A DNA stretch of 58,687 bases from positions 1-58,687 of the IMG/VR virus record IMGVR_UViG_3300021957_000041. One strand, written 5' to 3'. A program made the position numbers and the translations under genes. This document shows positions 20,501 to 30,668 of this stretch, in pieces. How positions within the stretch are numbered: position 1 is the stretch's first letter; each line of letters starts with the position of its first letter. Source of the DNA: a virus. Taxonomy: Duplodnaviria > Caudoviricetes. The notes under the pieces are model-generated. The model saw only the letters and a program-made list of their open reading frames with translations, did not search any database and was not told where the DNA came from.

Positions 20501-22925
20501 CCACAAAGTCTGATAATAATGCTTTAACTGCACTTATATTTTTGTAGTTTGATTCAGTTATAGTATTTGTTCCTTTTGTGTTTAACTTTATTTTAAATCC
20601 AGAAGTTACATCCACATATATTATAGGTTGCCAGTGTCCTGCTATCTCACGTATGTCTTGAACATCATCAGGTGTACAATTTATTTTAAATGATGTCTTG
20701 TGTTCACCCGGTACTGCCTGACCCGCATAACTACTTGGATTTCCGTTGTCGTCAAATTCTATGACAACTGCACCATTTGAACTAGAAACGTGTCTTATTT
20801 TAGATAATGGTGGATTTTCTTTTCCACTTGCATCTTTTAATGTATAAGGTCCTCCCCCAATTTTCCCTTTACCCATTTTCTTTGCTAAATAGTCTCCTAT
20901 ATCTTTTATCCAATAATTTAGATTTCGTTTTTTAAGTTTAATCAAAGTAGATGCTTCTTTTGCTTCAACAGATTCTTTTTGAGATTTTTCATATCCAATC
21001 AAACGACCATCATCATCTTTCTCACCAACTCCTCCGATTGGATAAGGACACTTTGCTGGTTTTTCTATGTCTTCTTCTTCTTCGGGTTCTTCTGCGAAGT
21101 TTTTGTTATATACACATCTAAGTCCGTCTGGAACCTTAGTATCACCGACACTATCAACACACCCATCATCACCCCATTTACAACTTGCGGTTTCTGGATT
21201 TTTTTCCATTAATTTGGCAATTTCTTTACACGCACAATCTTTCCACTCCTCAATTTCACCTTTGATTCGTTCTGATTCTTTTGTTTTTAAATTTCCCGTT
21301 GCTTTGCTACGATAATATGCAGACGGAGGATATGTAGTACAAACAGGATTACGCATACCCTCAAATGGATCAGGAATAATTCCTTTTGGGTCAGCATCTT
21401 TTTCTGCTTCTTCTCGTTTTTGTCGTTCTAATTCTTGACGTTTTTGTACTCCTGGATTTGGATGAATTAAATTATACCTGAATCCTTTATCAGGATCACC
21501 GTATCTATCGTTTTCCAAATTCTCTTTATTCGGTTTATCTTCACTTATATAATGACCAAAATGACGATTGTTTGTTTTGGGTAATCGTTTTTCCAAAAAG
21601 TTAAACGAAATACTAATTTGTGCCATATTAGGAAACTGACCAACTAGAATTTCATCTTCCTTTTTAGTTGTAAAAGTTCCATTTAAATATTCATAATTAT
21701 TTTTTCTATTTTCATCGTCTGATGTAAGTTCCCATGATGCCTCGGGGGGAATGTTCATAGAAACAGAAGTTAACACAACAGGTTGTTCATCGTACATATC
21801 ACCCACTTTTAATTTTAAAAACGGAGGAATTATAAAGTTAGTGTTAGACGGAGATGCAAGTAGTATATCATTATTCGTTGCACCGGTTGTATATCCAGCA
21901 GGTTTTGTTAATCCAACTAAATAGTTTAATCTTTGCCACATTGGGTGTAACTCTTTTAAACTAAAACAAACTGTTGTAAAATCAATACTAACCGTTCTTG
22001 CGAATCCTGTGTATATTTGCACATTATCAGCACGACCTAAATATCTAATTTGTTGCCACTCCGCATCCGATTGATCACTTATACTGTTTATGTAAGATCT
22101 AAATGGAAGATATTTTTTGTTTACAATATCATGTAAGATAAATGGAATGAAATCCCAATCTCTATATAGTTGCTGATCACCTATTAGTTTTTCTCCATCA
22201 TCTTGTTGTGCTACTTTATCAGGTAAAGTATACAACTTATTATATTCATCGTGCTTTACAGTTGGACCAGATTTATAGTTTGGAATCTTTTTCTTTGGCA
22301 AAAACTTGGGATTGTCTTTGTATCTATCCTCGTATCTTTTTGATGCGTTTGCTTCGTACTTTGACTGAGACTCATGTCCTTTTGTTAAAAATGGTTTTAC
22401 TTGATCCGGTTTATCCAAAGCATACGCATCTATAACCTCTTTTCGTTTGGTATCGTTTATCATACCCACCGAATTCATTCCATTTGCTCGCATAGATGCT
22501 TCTAAATTATTTTTATATTCATCGTGCTGACTATGCGTTTGAGTTGCATATGTATTTTTTAAAGGTTGAATCGTTTTATCTGATTTATCTTTTTTATTTG
22601 AACTCGGTGATAAATTTGGATAACGCAACAATCTTTGTATTTGCTCTGAATCTTCTTTTTCGTATCTAGTTATATCTCGTCCATACCAATTCAATATCAT
22701 TTGATCTTTTTCGGTATCTAGATAATGTGACCACCTTGGTTTGTCTTCAACTCTTGTAGGTGTCCAATAAATTGTTCCAACATCACGATATATTTGCTCG
22801 GTATCTTTTCCTAAATACAAACGATCAGATGCAGTTCTAAATGGAGTATATTTAAAACCAGCACCACCTTTGAAATCTCCGATACCCCGTTTGGAGTTCC
22901 TAGAACTATTGTGTACATTTTCCAT
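17535..22925 (-). CDS. Tail-tube-initiator/baseplate cap-like domain (gp48/gp54-like) fused to a long repeat-containing extension, 1796 aa
   Basis: About aa 258-450 has FRSYINSISD...W...YLGRADNVQIYTGFARTVSIDF...PPFLKLKVGDMY, a tube-fold pattern. Gene sits between the tape measure and LysM genes. Confidence 0.6.
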   Translation of the reverse strand: MENVHNSSRNSKRGIGDFKGGAGFKYTPFRTASDRLYLGKDTEQIYRDVGTIYWTPTRVEDKPRWSHYLDTEKDQMILNWYGRDITRYEKEDSEQIQRLLRYPNLSPSSNKKDKSDKTIQPLKNTYATQTHSQHDEYKNNLEASMRANGMNSVGMINDTKRKEVIDAYALDKPDQVKPFLTKGHESQSKYEANASKRYEDRYKDNPKFLPKKKIPNYKSGPTVKHDEYNKLYTLPDKVAQQDDGEKLIGDQQLYRDWDFIPFILHDIVNKKYLPFRSYINSISDQSDAEWQQIRYLGRADNVQIYTGFARTVSIDFTTVCFSLKELHPMWQRLNYLVGLTKPAGYTTGATNNDILLASPSNTNFIIPPFLKLKVGDMYDEQPVVLTSVSMNIPPEASWELTSDDENRKNNYEYLNGTFTTKKEDEILVGQFPNMAQISISFNFLEKRLPKTNNRHFGHYISEDKPNKENLENDRYGDPDKGFRYNLIHPNPGVQKRQELERQKREEAEKDADPKGIIPDPFEGMRNPVCTTYPPSAYYRSKATGNLKTKESERIKGEIEEWKDCACKEIAKLMEKNPETASCKWGDDGCVDSVGDTKVPDGLRCVYNKNFAEEPEEEEDIEKPAKCPYPIGGVGEKDDDGRLIGYEKSQKESVEAKEASTLIKLKKRNLNYWIKDIGDYLAKKMGKGKIGGGPYTLKDASGKENPPLSKIRHVSSSNGAVVIEFDDNGNPSSYAGQAVPGEHKTSFKINCTPDDVQDIREIAGHWQPIIYVDVTSGFKIKLNTKGTNTITESNYKNISAVKALLSDFVGRALTVPLWGDNDKLWSFKDLTSDEHKGTPVDTDKIYYVPYEEDREKLIKGVKVFPSGNPEYVNYEVNPDVSDQLNLGDGKKYAELKLGFFATVSKTKRKLSGTGTDKYLEDKAADHIFDQLFKLNGTEYKLGQRREIEGMGGDGTDTQNDAQKAKKLGKSESRFLNEHIEDLKQKKVKVETLHAQMRDKNLPVANYKDFIVGDWKGDQKQLVIDRMQDMKYQAIISEKYNLDATQIQIENYLVLLKGTSKEAQKEADFEFRKRANVGRLTVVNQLQFKNNDLNQIEASLATAERRLEDVNEILEKDDEDVLGQGVYFSNKSSDKSKYFLPWKKDHVLEKIEFNDDGKGSVPGAERETRGIVPEPKPKTETPTPNKQPTWKWPAVASAERYEIFFEGATFVTKRTYFKAPKSLKTGLYTIKVKAGVPNKSGTGLDWSTFGTHEVKIDKRSVPPKPPKCPYKLGSEGEKDGEGRDIGLKSGQLMESAIERNVKLWIGDTMAYIMAKEDKGSLTYPCPDAKKVSISFDGSYLISVYEQNQMKWMYQGDSITKIKDGATSGIPVMLNADSLSGYDFDVTCGPTTKDVKGGGETTDSPDEKLKTPEPHSSSPTENSRPMWKWSAIQGANRYKSTLRSIKTVNDSNGNITGVSASKETLKDYGIVQFSEKTEASPQASVDDGYYEISVIAQEIKNGSVSRSSDAGKHMVEVKGSKFTTPTPVVDPDCADYPKPNDEKFKTSAEYCSLSESERRSAERSDAGTKWKRKVSLYLACRKLGAKIYSEYGEYNRSDWKENDKGEKKCEKVYFQGKSDAVDVWNMKENTFIVNKGNALEGDEREAYIAEKSRTWNATETYKGESKVGYNEKLSDCPSDSSIDVPTIVKDPVTGFKYKAMVGRSKSIPVGTQPADISIRTMSEDNANYDMEVLLKVPRDLIPTSEPVKKIAEKFKHIIKINPSSDGRRQVWTARWWLTVREANELEQWRKEYEEEYADF

Positions 22926-22930
22926 ATAAC

Positions 22931-25900
22931 TTATTGATCATTTACAGATGCAACTGCTCTTGATACCTTTCTTCCGTCCATATTAACTGCAATACCACCT
23001 TTACGCATAAGTAAAATTAGTTCATCAAGTTTCTTGACGACTTGTGTGTTATTTTCTTTTTTATCTGCTTCTGCGGTTACTCCATTGTTTGTATCTACTA
23101 TTTTTGCAATTTCTTCAACAAAAATATTGTGTCCTTTTACGGATATGGTATCCAACCCACTAAGTTCAATGTTTGTACCAAATGATTCACCCGAATCTGG
23201 TTTTGTTCCCACCAACCCTTCGTCTGGTAAAATATTTTTTGCAAAATCTTCAGTTTTTGCAAACACGGTATTGGTTGTTTGAGATTCAATTTGTTGAATT
23301 TGATCATTGATTGGTTCAACCGTGTCAATTGTAAATTGAGGTTGCTCTGTGGTTGGTAACTGCAACGGTTGCATCAATGGAATTGTTGAAGTAGAATCAA
23401 CTATATCATAACTAGGTAATATTTGTGGGTCAATCACAGGAACTGATGGAATTGTTGGTTCTACATCAACAGTTTGAATTTTGTTTTGAACGAGTCTACC
23501 GTCATCCACAAGAAATTGTTTCCGTGCGGCTATTGCTTCATTAAGAAATTCACTATCTGTTGTTGCTCCTGTTTTTATTGCATGATCAGTTATCTTAATT
23601 CTTTCGGATACCGAACTCGTTAGTTTATCCGATAAGTCTTTTATAGTTACATCATAGTATTCACTAACATCACTTGTACCATCATCGTGTGTAGTAATTT
23701 TTGTACCCGTATCGGTATTCATACCCACAAGTTGTCCTTCGGCATAAAGTTTTCCTTGTATTTTTTTGTTGAGCAAACCGGACATGATTTGATCCATCCA
23801 ACTAGATGCTTGAACTACTTGTTCCACCTGCATAGATGATGTAAAATCATCTTTAATTAGACCTTTCTCACTATGTGATTTCGTTTCAAGATTGTCACGT
23901 GCTGACATGATTCCCAAGTCACCTAAGAAATTTTTTGTATTTGTCTCATTTACACCCATTGTTCTCATATGGGCTTCCATAGAGTGATCTTCGTCCACAT
24001 TGAAGTATTTGTTTTTAGCATAATCCGAGAGTTTATCTTTTATGCTCTCTGGCATATATTTGTTGTACATATTACCCAAAAACTCAAATACAGGCTGTAC
24101 CGTATCCGTCATTTTTTTCTCATCTTTGAGTTTTTTATTTTCAAGAATACTGATTTCAGGTTGTTCATCTGGAACAGGTAAAGTTGGTTGTATTGGAATG
24201 GTAGAGGTTGAATCTACAATATCTGGTGTAGGTATAACTTCTTGAGGTGCACCAAAGAGTTTTGCTTCTTTTTCATTTAACATTTTTATTATCAACTCAT
24301 TGGTCTGATGTGATACATCACCAAGTTCAAGTTTCTTACCAAGTTTTGCTTCCAAATCATCTCTTGTTTTTATATTTAAGTCGGTATAACTTTCACCCAA
24401 TACATCTGCAATTTTGAGTTGGTCTGGTGGTTGTACAACACCCCCTTGACGAGATACTTCATGTAACATTTTTCTAATATCACCAATTTTATGAAACTCA
24501 AATTCATCGTTTGAAAATTTCATACTTTGTGCAGATTGCTCTTGGGATTTCTTTTCTTCTGCTTTCTCAATTTCTATTTCACTCATCATTGTTTGCATAT
24601 AAGCATTTTCTGCTTTGAATTTATTTACATTCAACCCACTACCACCTGGTTTTTTGCCATCGTTTATTAATTGCTTATTTAACTCAATGTAAGATTTCAA
24701 TGTTTCCATATAACCATCAAGTGATTTAGAACCGGTTTTATCCATTGATTCAATTAAATTTGTTTTAAATGTTTCATAATCACCAAGACCAAAATTTGTT
24801 TCTTTTGCTTGTGTTTTTGTTTCAACTGGATTTGAAAATACATCAGCAAGTGATTTAGTTCCGGTTTCGGTTGTTTCTTGAGTCGGTGTATCTGATGGTT
24901 TCTGTGCAAATACGTCTGCTAATGATGGACTTTCTGTCACCATAAATTTAGGTGGAAGTGTTCCTTCGGTTACATTTCCTTCTAAGAATGGATCACTTGG
25001 TGGTAATGCTCGTGGTGGTATTTTTATAGGTGTTTGTACTCCACCTAAATTAATATTTTGCAAACCACCTAATTTATTTACATCAAGTTTATCAACTACA
25101 TCGCACAACATATATAACTCACTTGTAATTGCACTTAATGCTTCCACCGCAGGATCCTGTATTCCAGCAAATGCATTTAAAGCATCAACGACACCTGATG
25201 TGAATGTTTGTAATTTACTTACATTTTCAGTATTGATACTATTTGAAATTTCTGTCAATTGTTTTAATTCACCCACTATACTCACACCACTTACACTTGC
25301 AAGTTTGCCCATACTTTCAACAAACTTTGGAAATGATGAACCAGCATCTTTGAAAAATTCTTTTATTTTATCTGCTTCACCATCGTTTACATAGTCCGCA
25401 AATTCCTCTATTCCATTTCCTAAATCTTTTAGAATGGTATCCATATCCTTTGGAAGTTTTATTTGCGAAAATGCAGTTAAAAATGGAAGCATACTTGCTT
25501 GGATATTTGCAAGGTGTGGTAATGCGGTTAAATCAATAGGAGCAAGTTCATCAAAGAATTGATATATTCCATCTCCTATATTATTTAAAATAGAACTTAA
25601 ATCATCTGTTGGTATTTGTGTTGCAGATAGTGCACTTATGAATGGAAGCATTCCTGCTTGTATATCAACCAAAGCAGGAAGTGCAGTCAAATCAATAGGA
25701 GCAAGTTCATCGAAGAATTGGTATATTCCGTCTCCAGTATTATTTAGTATGCTACTAATATCTTCGGAAATTGCACCCAATGGAAGTGTAGATATAGACG
25801 TAATAAACGGTTGTAGTCCTACCTGTATTTGAGGTAGTAGTTTAACAGTTTGTGACTCAACATCCTCAAGTCCACTAAAGAAATAATCAAGTCCGTCACC

Positions 25901-28900
25901 TACATTTTCAAGAACATCTGCGATGTTACTTGGTATACTATCAAGTCCTACAAATCCTGTTGTCAATGAACCAATCCCATCTCCAACCAACGGTAACTCT
26001 TTTAGTTTAGAAGCATTAATTTCCTTAATAGAATCAAAAAAGTCTTCAAGTGCATCTGCAACACCACCAAGTTTTCTTGCGTCACTTACATTTAGTTTAG
26101 GTAACGAACGAGTCATGCCACCCAATAATCTACTTATACCAACGGCTGCTTTATCCATTATTGAAACAGATGCTGGTTTTAGTTTATCAAATGACTCAAA
26201 TATTTCAGTCAATCCATCAGATGCCATTGATGCTTTGTCTCCAAAATCTTCAGTCACATTACTTAAAAATCCACCCAAGTTTAAATTACTTAATAATTGA
26301 AGTGCTTCTACATTTAAATCAACAGAACTTAGTTTGTCCATAAATCCCATCAATTGATCTATTGGGTCTTGTGGAACATCCGCACCAAAGAATCCTGCGA
26401 TTGAGTTTCCAACTGCACCTACTGCGTTTCCTATTCCAACCGATGCCTGCGCCGCACCAAACGATGCCAATGCTTGACCGAATATAAATAATGCAGAGGC
26501 AGCTGCTTCTAAAGTAGTGGACATACCCGCAAGACGATCAAATGAATTTAACAGAAAGTCTACTTTATCAGCAACCAAAATTATTGATTCAGATTCTTTG
26601 GCAAAGTCTAATATTTTTTGAAGTGGAGATTTATTTAATTCCTCTGTATCTGCACCGAATACACCAGCAACTGCATTTCCCATTGCACCTAGTGCATTTC
26701 CAGCACCTTCCGCAGCCTTTCCTACTCCAGCACCTACTCCAAATCCAGCAAGGGCTGCTCCAACTGTGGTAATACCACCCGCAACTGCAACTAAGTTGAC
26801 TGCATCAATTTCACTTAATCGTGTAATATCATCTACCATTGCAGTAATTGCACCTGATACTGAACCTATCACCGTTGCAATTCCTTCTGCTATACTTGTT
26901 ATTATTCCTGATATAGCACCACCTATTGCAGTAATTGCTCCGACAATAGCATCTCCCATTGCAGTAATAATTCCAGATAAAGATTCAACAACTCCTATTA
27001 TTACACCACCTACTATTTTCGCAAAACTTACAAGTCCATCAATTACCAATTTCAACGCACCTACCATTATAGATGCAAAACCTAAAAATATTTTTCCAAA
27101 TTCTTCCAATGCAGGTGCGGCCAAGTTTAATGCGGCCGCAAGTGGAATCAACGACAAACCAAGTAATGCCAATACTCCAGCACCTATTGCAACAGGTACT
27201 GCGATAATACTCAGTCCAAACGCAGCCGCAGCCAATACACCAAGTGCAACTCCTCCAAACATTACATCTTTCCAAGATACATCACCAAACATTTGAAATG
27301 CAATTGCAGCCGGTACAAGTGCAACTCCAAGTAAAGCAATTGCAGCCGCACCTTTAATCATAGACATACTTCCTTTTTCAAGTGCTTTAGCAGCCAATAC
27401 CAAAGCACCAAGAGCAATAAATCCAGGCCAAGCATTTTTCCAATTTACTTTTCCAAATTCTTGAAATGCCTTTGCAGTTACCCATAACGCACCTGCAAGT
27501 ATTACCAAAGCCGCAGCTGCTTGAATTAATTTTTTGGTATTTAGTTTGTTAAATCTTTCTATTAATCCAGGACCTTGACTTCCTTTTTCTGATTTTGACA
27601 ACTTACTTGATGCATCGGCAGCTTTATCTGATGCCGATGATGCAATATCTTTTGCTTTGTCTGCAACTTTCTCTGCTGTTTTACTAAATGGATTGAAAAA
27701 GTTTACTACGTTTTTTGCCATTCCAGCAAGTCCACCTAAAAATGACTTTAATGGTTTAAATAATAAAAATGCTCCAGCAAGAGTAGAAGCAATAGTAATT
27801 ATAGTTGATTCTGTATCTTTAAATAAATCAGATAATATACTTACTTTGTCATTCATTCCCCCAAGTTCATCTGAAGAATCTGTAAATAAACTATGAATCC
27901 ATTCCACGATTCCGGCGATCACTGTAAATGGTGTAACTAAAACCTTTGCAAGAAACGATATTATGTGAAATGCAGGAACCAACAGTTTCGTCATTGAAAC
28001 AAATGTTGGCATTAAACTTTCAACGACAGGTGCCAATGCCATTTTTAAGTCTAACATTGCTTTGTTTATTCTATCTTGAATTCTTTTTTGATTTTCAAGT
28101 TCTTTATTTTTTTGTATTTCGTCTTTTAATTGTTCAAGTGCAGATTTCTTTGTTTCTTTAATTTCACCTTTCATTAAAGCAAGTCTTTTTGCGGCGTCTT
28201 TGTTTCCTTGATCCTTCAAAATCTGCAAATTTTTCTCCGTTTCTAAACGTTGTGCTTCGTTTTTCTCTAAATTATACAATGTACTCAATTCAACACCCAT
28301 CGCATCTGCTAGCGCATTTTGTTGCCAACGATTCATTTTACGAATTCCACCTTGTTGTTTTAAAATTTTAAGTTGCTCTTTTGCCATATCTTCGGCTTCA
28401 CCCTCCATTGCAAGTTGACGCAAACGATTTAAATTAATATTCCGACCTAGCATTGTGCTTGCAGTCATTTGAGCATTTATGCTACTTTCAAAATCCAAAA
28501 GACGGTCAGCCGCACCTGCCATTTCATCTAATGTTGTTCCCATTTTTCTTGCTTCAACAGCTGCTTTTGCTAAATTTTTTGCCGACCCATTTGAAAACAA
28601 GAGTGCGGATTCACTTGCATTTGCTACATCATCCATAATTTTGGCAAAACTTACTCCATATTTGTTTGCAAGTTTCTGCATATGCATAATATTTTTGGTA
28701 GCATCAGATGCAGTTTTAGCACCCATCTTCATCATCGTATCAATTGCTTTTGCACTTGTTCCAGCTGCAATTCCGAATGCTTTATTTAATAATGCAACTT
28801 CGGTAACGGTATCTTTTTGAATAAAGTTGTGACTTGAAAATACATCACCAAGTTCCATAGCTGCTTCTTTGGCATCTTCAAGTTCTACACCAAATAAAAT

Positions 28901-30076
28901 ATAATCGTTGCGGGTATCTTTTATTATGTCACGGATTCTTAAAGTTGAATGTGCAGATGCTCCTAATGATTTTCTAAATTCCTCACCTGCATTTTGAATT
29001 TTACCCAATTCATTATATGCAGTTTTAAGTAAAGCAACGAATACACCAAAAGCAGCTACAACCAAGAATACAGGATTCACTAAAAGACTAAGCATAGACT
29101 TTCCAATAGTTGCGATACCAGCACCAAACGCACCAACTCCCTCGGTTAATGCTTTGGTTGCATCTCCCGAATTTATTAGTGCATCTCTTAGTTTTTGTTG
29201 TGCAATCTTAGATGCGTCTTCTAAAGGTCCTTTTATCATAGCAGATAACATCCCCCCTACAATTGGCAAAGAAGCAAACGCACCCTCTATGGATTTTCCT
29301 ATTTTATCAATTCCGTTGGTATATTCATCTATTACATCTTGAGCACCTTTAATAAGGTCTTTTTTGCTATCACCCATTTCCGACATAACATCTCTTAAGT
29401 CTTTATTTACTTCTAAATTTTGCTCAGATGATTTTATTAAGTCGGCATTATACTGACCTAGTTTTGTGTAAATTCCAGACATCTGCCCACCACTATCAAC
29501 AATTTCTGTTATTTTCTGTAATTCTACATCTTTTAAGTTGGTAAGTGCTTGTTGTTGACCTATCAAATCCGCAGTTCGTAGGTTCTCTCGTTCTAACGAA
29601 CTCTCCAACTCTGTGACCTTGTTTAACTGAGACGTGTAATTTGAATCATTTAAATTAAGCAACGATAACTTGGTTTGCTCTTGTTGAATTTGTGCTTGTA
29701 ATGATGGAATTGTTTGTTCATTGGATTCTTTGATTAAATCTCCGGCGGTTGCAATTCGTTGAGATAACTCTAATTGTTTATCAGAAATTACATTTCGTAA
29801 TTCAGATGCACTATTTGCAGATTTTAATTTATCGTTTATTAATGCAGTTTCACTTTTAATTTTTTCAAAATATGCACTACTACTTGTAAGTTCTGTGTTT
29901 ATTTCTTTTACTTTATCACTTCCTACTAAATCTATTGCAACCGACCAATTTCCTTCAATTACAGAATTTTTAAATTCTTTTGTAAGATCATTTACTTTTG
30001 TTATTTCAGGCGTAAGATTATCTTTAACCGACTTTTGCAGTTGGTTTGTGAAATCGTTTACGTCTAAAATATCCAT
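22931..30076 (-). CDS. Tape measure protein, 2381 aa
   Basis: Very long helical Ala/Gly/Leu-rich protein with hydrophobic repeats, LLDFESSI...GRNINL and C-terminal VNMDGRKV. Follows the tail chaperone genes. Confidence 0.85.
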   Translation of the reverse strand: MDILDVNDFTNQLQKSVKDNLTPEITKVNDLTKEFKNSVIEGNWSVAIDLVGSDKVKEINTELTSSSAYFEKIKSETALINDKLKSANSASELRNVISDKQLELSQRIATAGDLIKESNEQTIPSLQAQIQQEQTKLSLLNLNDSNYTSQLNKVTELESSLERENLRTADLIGQQQALTNLKDVELQKITEIVDSGGQMSGIYTKLGQYNADLIKSSEQNLEVNKDLRDVMSEMGDSKKDLIKGAQDVIDEYTNGIDKIGKSIEGAFASLPIVGGMLSAMIKGPLEDASKIAQQKLRDALINSGDATKALTEGVGAFGAGIATIGKSMLSLLVNPVFLVVAAFGVFVALLKTAYNELGKIQNAGEEFRKSLGASAHSTLRIRDIIKDTRNDYILFGVELEDAKEAAMELGDVFSSHNFIQKDTVTEVALLNKAFGIAAGTSAKAIDTMMKMGAKTASDATKNIMHMQKLANKYGVSFAKIMDDVANASESALLFSNGSAKNLAKAAVEARKMGTTLDEMAGAADRLLDFESSINAQMTASTMLGRNINLNRLRQLAMEGEAEDMAKEQLKILKQQGGIRKMNRWQQNALADAMGVELSTLYNLEKNEAQRLETEKNLQILKDQGNKDAAKRLALMKGEIKETKKSALEQLKDEIQKNKELENQKRIQDRINKAMLDLKMALAPVVESLMPTFVSMTKLLVPAFHIISFLAKVLVTPFTVIAGIVEWIHSLFTDSSDELGGMNDKVSILSDLFKDTESTIITIASTLAGAFLLFKPLKSFLGGLAGMAKNVVNFFNPFSKTAEKVADKAKDIASSASDKAADASSKLSKSEKGSQGPGLIERFNKLNTKKLIQAAAALVILAGALWVTAKAFQEFGKVNWKNAWPGFIALGALVLAAKALEKGSMSMIKGAAAIALLGVALVPAAIAFQMFGDVSWKDVMFGGVALGVLAAAAFGLSIIAVPVAIGAGVLALLGLSLIPLAAALNLAAPALEEFGKIFLGFASIMVGALKLVIDGLVSFAKIVGGVIIGVVESLSGIITAMGDAIVGAITAIGGAISGIITSIAEGIATVIGSVSGAITAMVDDITRLSEIDAVNLVAVAGGITTVGAALAGFGVGAGVGKAAEGAGNALGAMGNAVAGVFGADTEELNKSPLQKILDFAKESESIILVADKVDFLLNSFDRLAGMSTTLEAAASALFIFGQALASFGAAQASVGIGNAVGAVGNSIAGFFGADVPQDPIDQLMGFMDKLSSVDLNVEALQLLSNLNLGGFLSNVTEDFGDKASMASDGLTEIFESFDKLKPASVSIMDKAAVGISRLLGGMTRSLPKLNVSDARKLGGVADALEDFFDSIKEINASKLKELPLVGDGIGSLTTGFVGLDSIPSNIADVLENVGDGLDYFFSGLEDVESQTVKLLPQIQVGLQPFITSISTLPLGAISEDISSILNNTGDGIYQFFDELAPIDLTALPALVDIQAGMLPFISALSATQIPTDDLSSILNNIGDGIYQFFDELAPIDLTALPHLANIQASMLPFLTAFSQIKLPKDMDTILKDLGNGIEEFADYVNDGEADKIKEFFKDAGSSFPKFVESMGKLASVSGVSIVGELKQLTEISNSINTENVSKLQTFTSGVVDALNAFAGIQDPAVEALSAITSELYMLCDVVDKLDVNKLGGLQNINLGGVQTPIKIPPRALPPSDPFLEGNVTEGTLPPKFMVTESPSLADVFAQKPSDTPTQETTETGTKSLADVFSNPVETKTQAKETNFGLGDYETFKTNLIESMDKTGSKSLDGYMETLKSYIELNKQLINDGKKPGGSGLNVNKFKAENAYMQTMMSEIEIEKAEEKKSQEQSAQSMKFSNDEFEFHKIGDIRKMLHEVSRQGGVVQPPDQLKIADVLGESYTDLNIKTRDDLEAKLGKKLELGDVSHQTNELIIKMLNEKEAKLFGAPQEVIPTPDIVDSTSTIPIQPTLPVPDEQPEISILENKKLKDEKKMTDTVQPVFEFLGNMYNKYMPESIKDKLSDYAKNKYFNVDEDHSMEAHMRTMGVNETNTKNFLGDLGIMSARDNLETKSHSEKGLIKDDFTSSMQVEQVVQASSWMDQIMSGLLNKKIQGKLYAEGQLVGMNTDTGTKITTHDDGTSDVSEYYDVTIKDLSDKLTSSVSERIKITDHAIKTGATTDSEFLNEAIAARKQFLVDDGRLVQNKIQTVDVEPTIPSVPVIDPQILPSYDIVDSTSTIPLMQPLQLPTTEQPQFTIDTVEPINDQIQQIESQTTNTVFAKTEDFAKNILPDEGLVGTKPDSGESFGTNIELSGLDTISVKGHNIFVEEIAKIVDTNNGVTAEADKKENNTQVVKKLDELILLMRKGGIAVNMDGRKVSRAVASVNDQ
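25380..26240 (-). repeat. Degenerate ~53-aa (159-nt) tandem repeats inside the tape measure gene
   Basis: SSILNN(T/I)GDGIYQFFDELAPIDLTALP occurs twice 159 nt apart (25531 vs 25690), with more diverged flanking copies. Confidence 0.8.
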
Positions 30077-30086
30077 GAGTTAAATA

Positions 30087-30365
30087 TTAAACGTCAACAA
30101 ATGGTTTTAAGTTTGGGTCTTTATTTATAGCATTTTTTAAATCTTCACGACTTGTATAACCCAAATCTTTTAATTCTTTTTTAAACTTTTTCGTATCTTC
30201 AACATACTTGTCAAATACTTTAGTTAATCTAGGATCTTTAAATGCTTTATTTGCAAGTTTGTTTGCTTTGTTTTTAAAAATTGCAGTTACCAACTTTCCA
30301 AAGAACTCGTTGATTAATTGCTCTTCATTTAGAGGTTGTTTTTTGTTAGTTTTTTTATTTTTCAT
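30087..30365 (-). CDS. Hypothetical protein (probable start MKNKK)
   Basis: ORF downstream of a TATTTATA motif (30407-30400). Contains LNEEQLINEFFGKL. Confidence 0.65.
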   Translation of the reverse strand: MKNKKTNKKQPLNEEQLINEFFGKLVTAIFKNKANKLANKAFKDPRLTKVFDKYVEDTKKFKKELKDLGYTSREDLKNAINKDPNLKPFVDV

Positions 30366-30437
30366 ATATAAGATTCCTGTGCGTGTACATATATCCACAT
30401 ATAAATATATGCTTACGGAAAATTATATATGATTCCT

Positions 30438-30668
30438 CTATCTAAATGAGGATTTTGAACGAGACGAAGAACTTGATTTTGCTTTACTTTGAGCAGATTT
30501 TACTTGCTCTGATTCTTTGGTTTTTACATCCAATAATTTTCTTGAATAAAACCTACGCAGATAAATAGGCATATTATACACAATGCTTTGATTAAAAGCA
30601 CCTTCACTATAATAGCAGAGATTAAAAATCTCTTCGTGGAGTCCTATCCTATACTCCGGTGGAAGGGT
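30438..30668 (-). CDS. gp51-like / tail-chaperone extension ORF with no suitable start, probably reached by frameshift
   Basis: Not in the ORF track. Open frame TLPPEYRIGLHEEIFNLCYYSEGAFNQSIVYNMPIYLRRFYSRKLLDVKTKE...FR* begins right after the TTTTTTT run at 30675-30669. Confidence 0.75.
   Translation of the reverse strand, partial: TLPPEYRIGLHEEIFNLCYYSEGAFNQSIVYNMPIYLRRFYSRKLLDVKTKESEQVKSAQSKAKSSSSSRSKSSFR

Noticed and set aside
25500-25760. Near-identical repeat pair as a possible DGR template/variable repeat
   Set aside because: The copies are tandem and in frame within the tape measure, differences are mostly synonymous rather than adenine-specific, and no reverse transcriptase is in the window.
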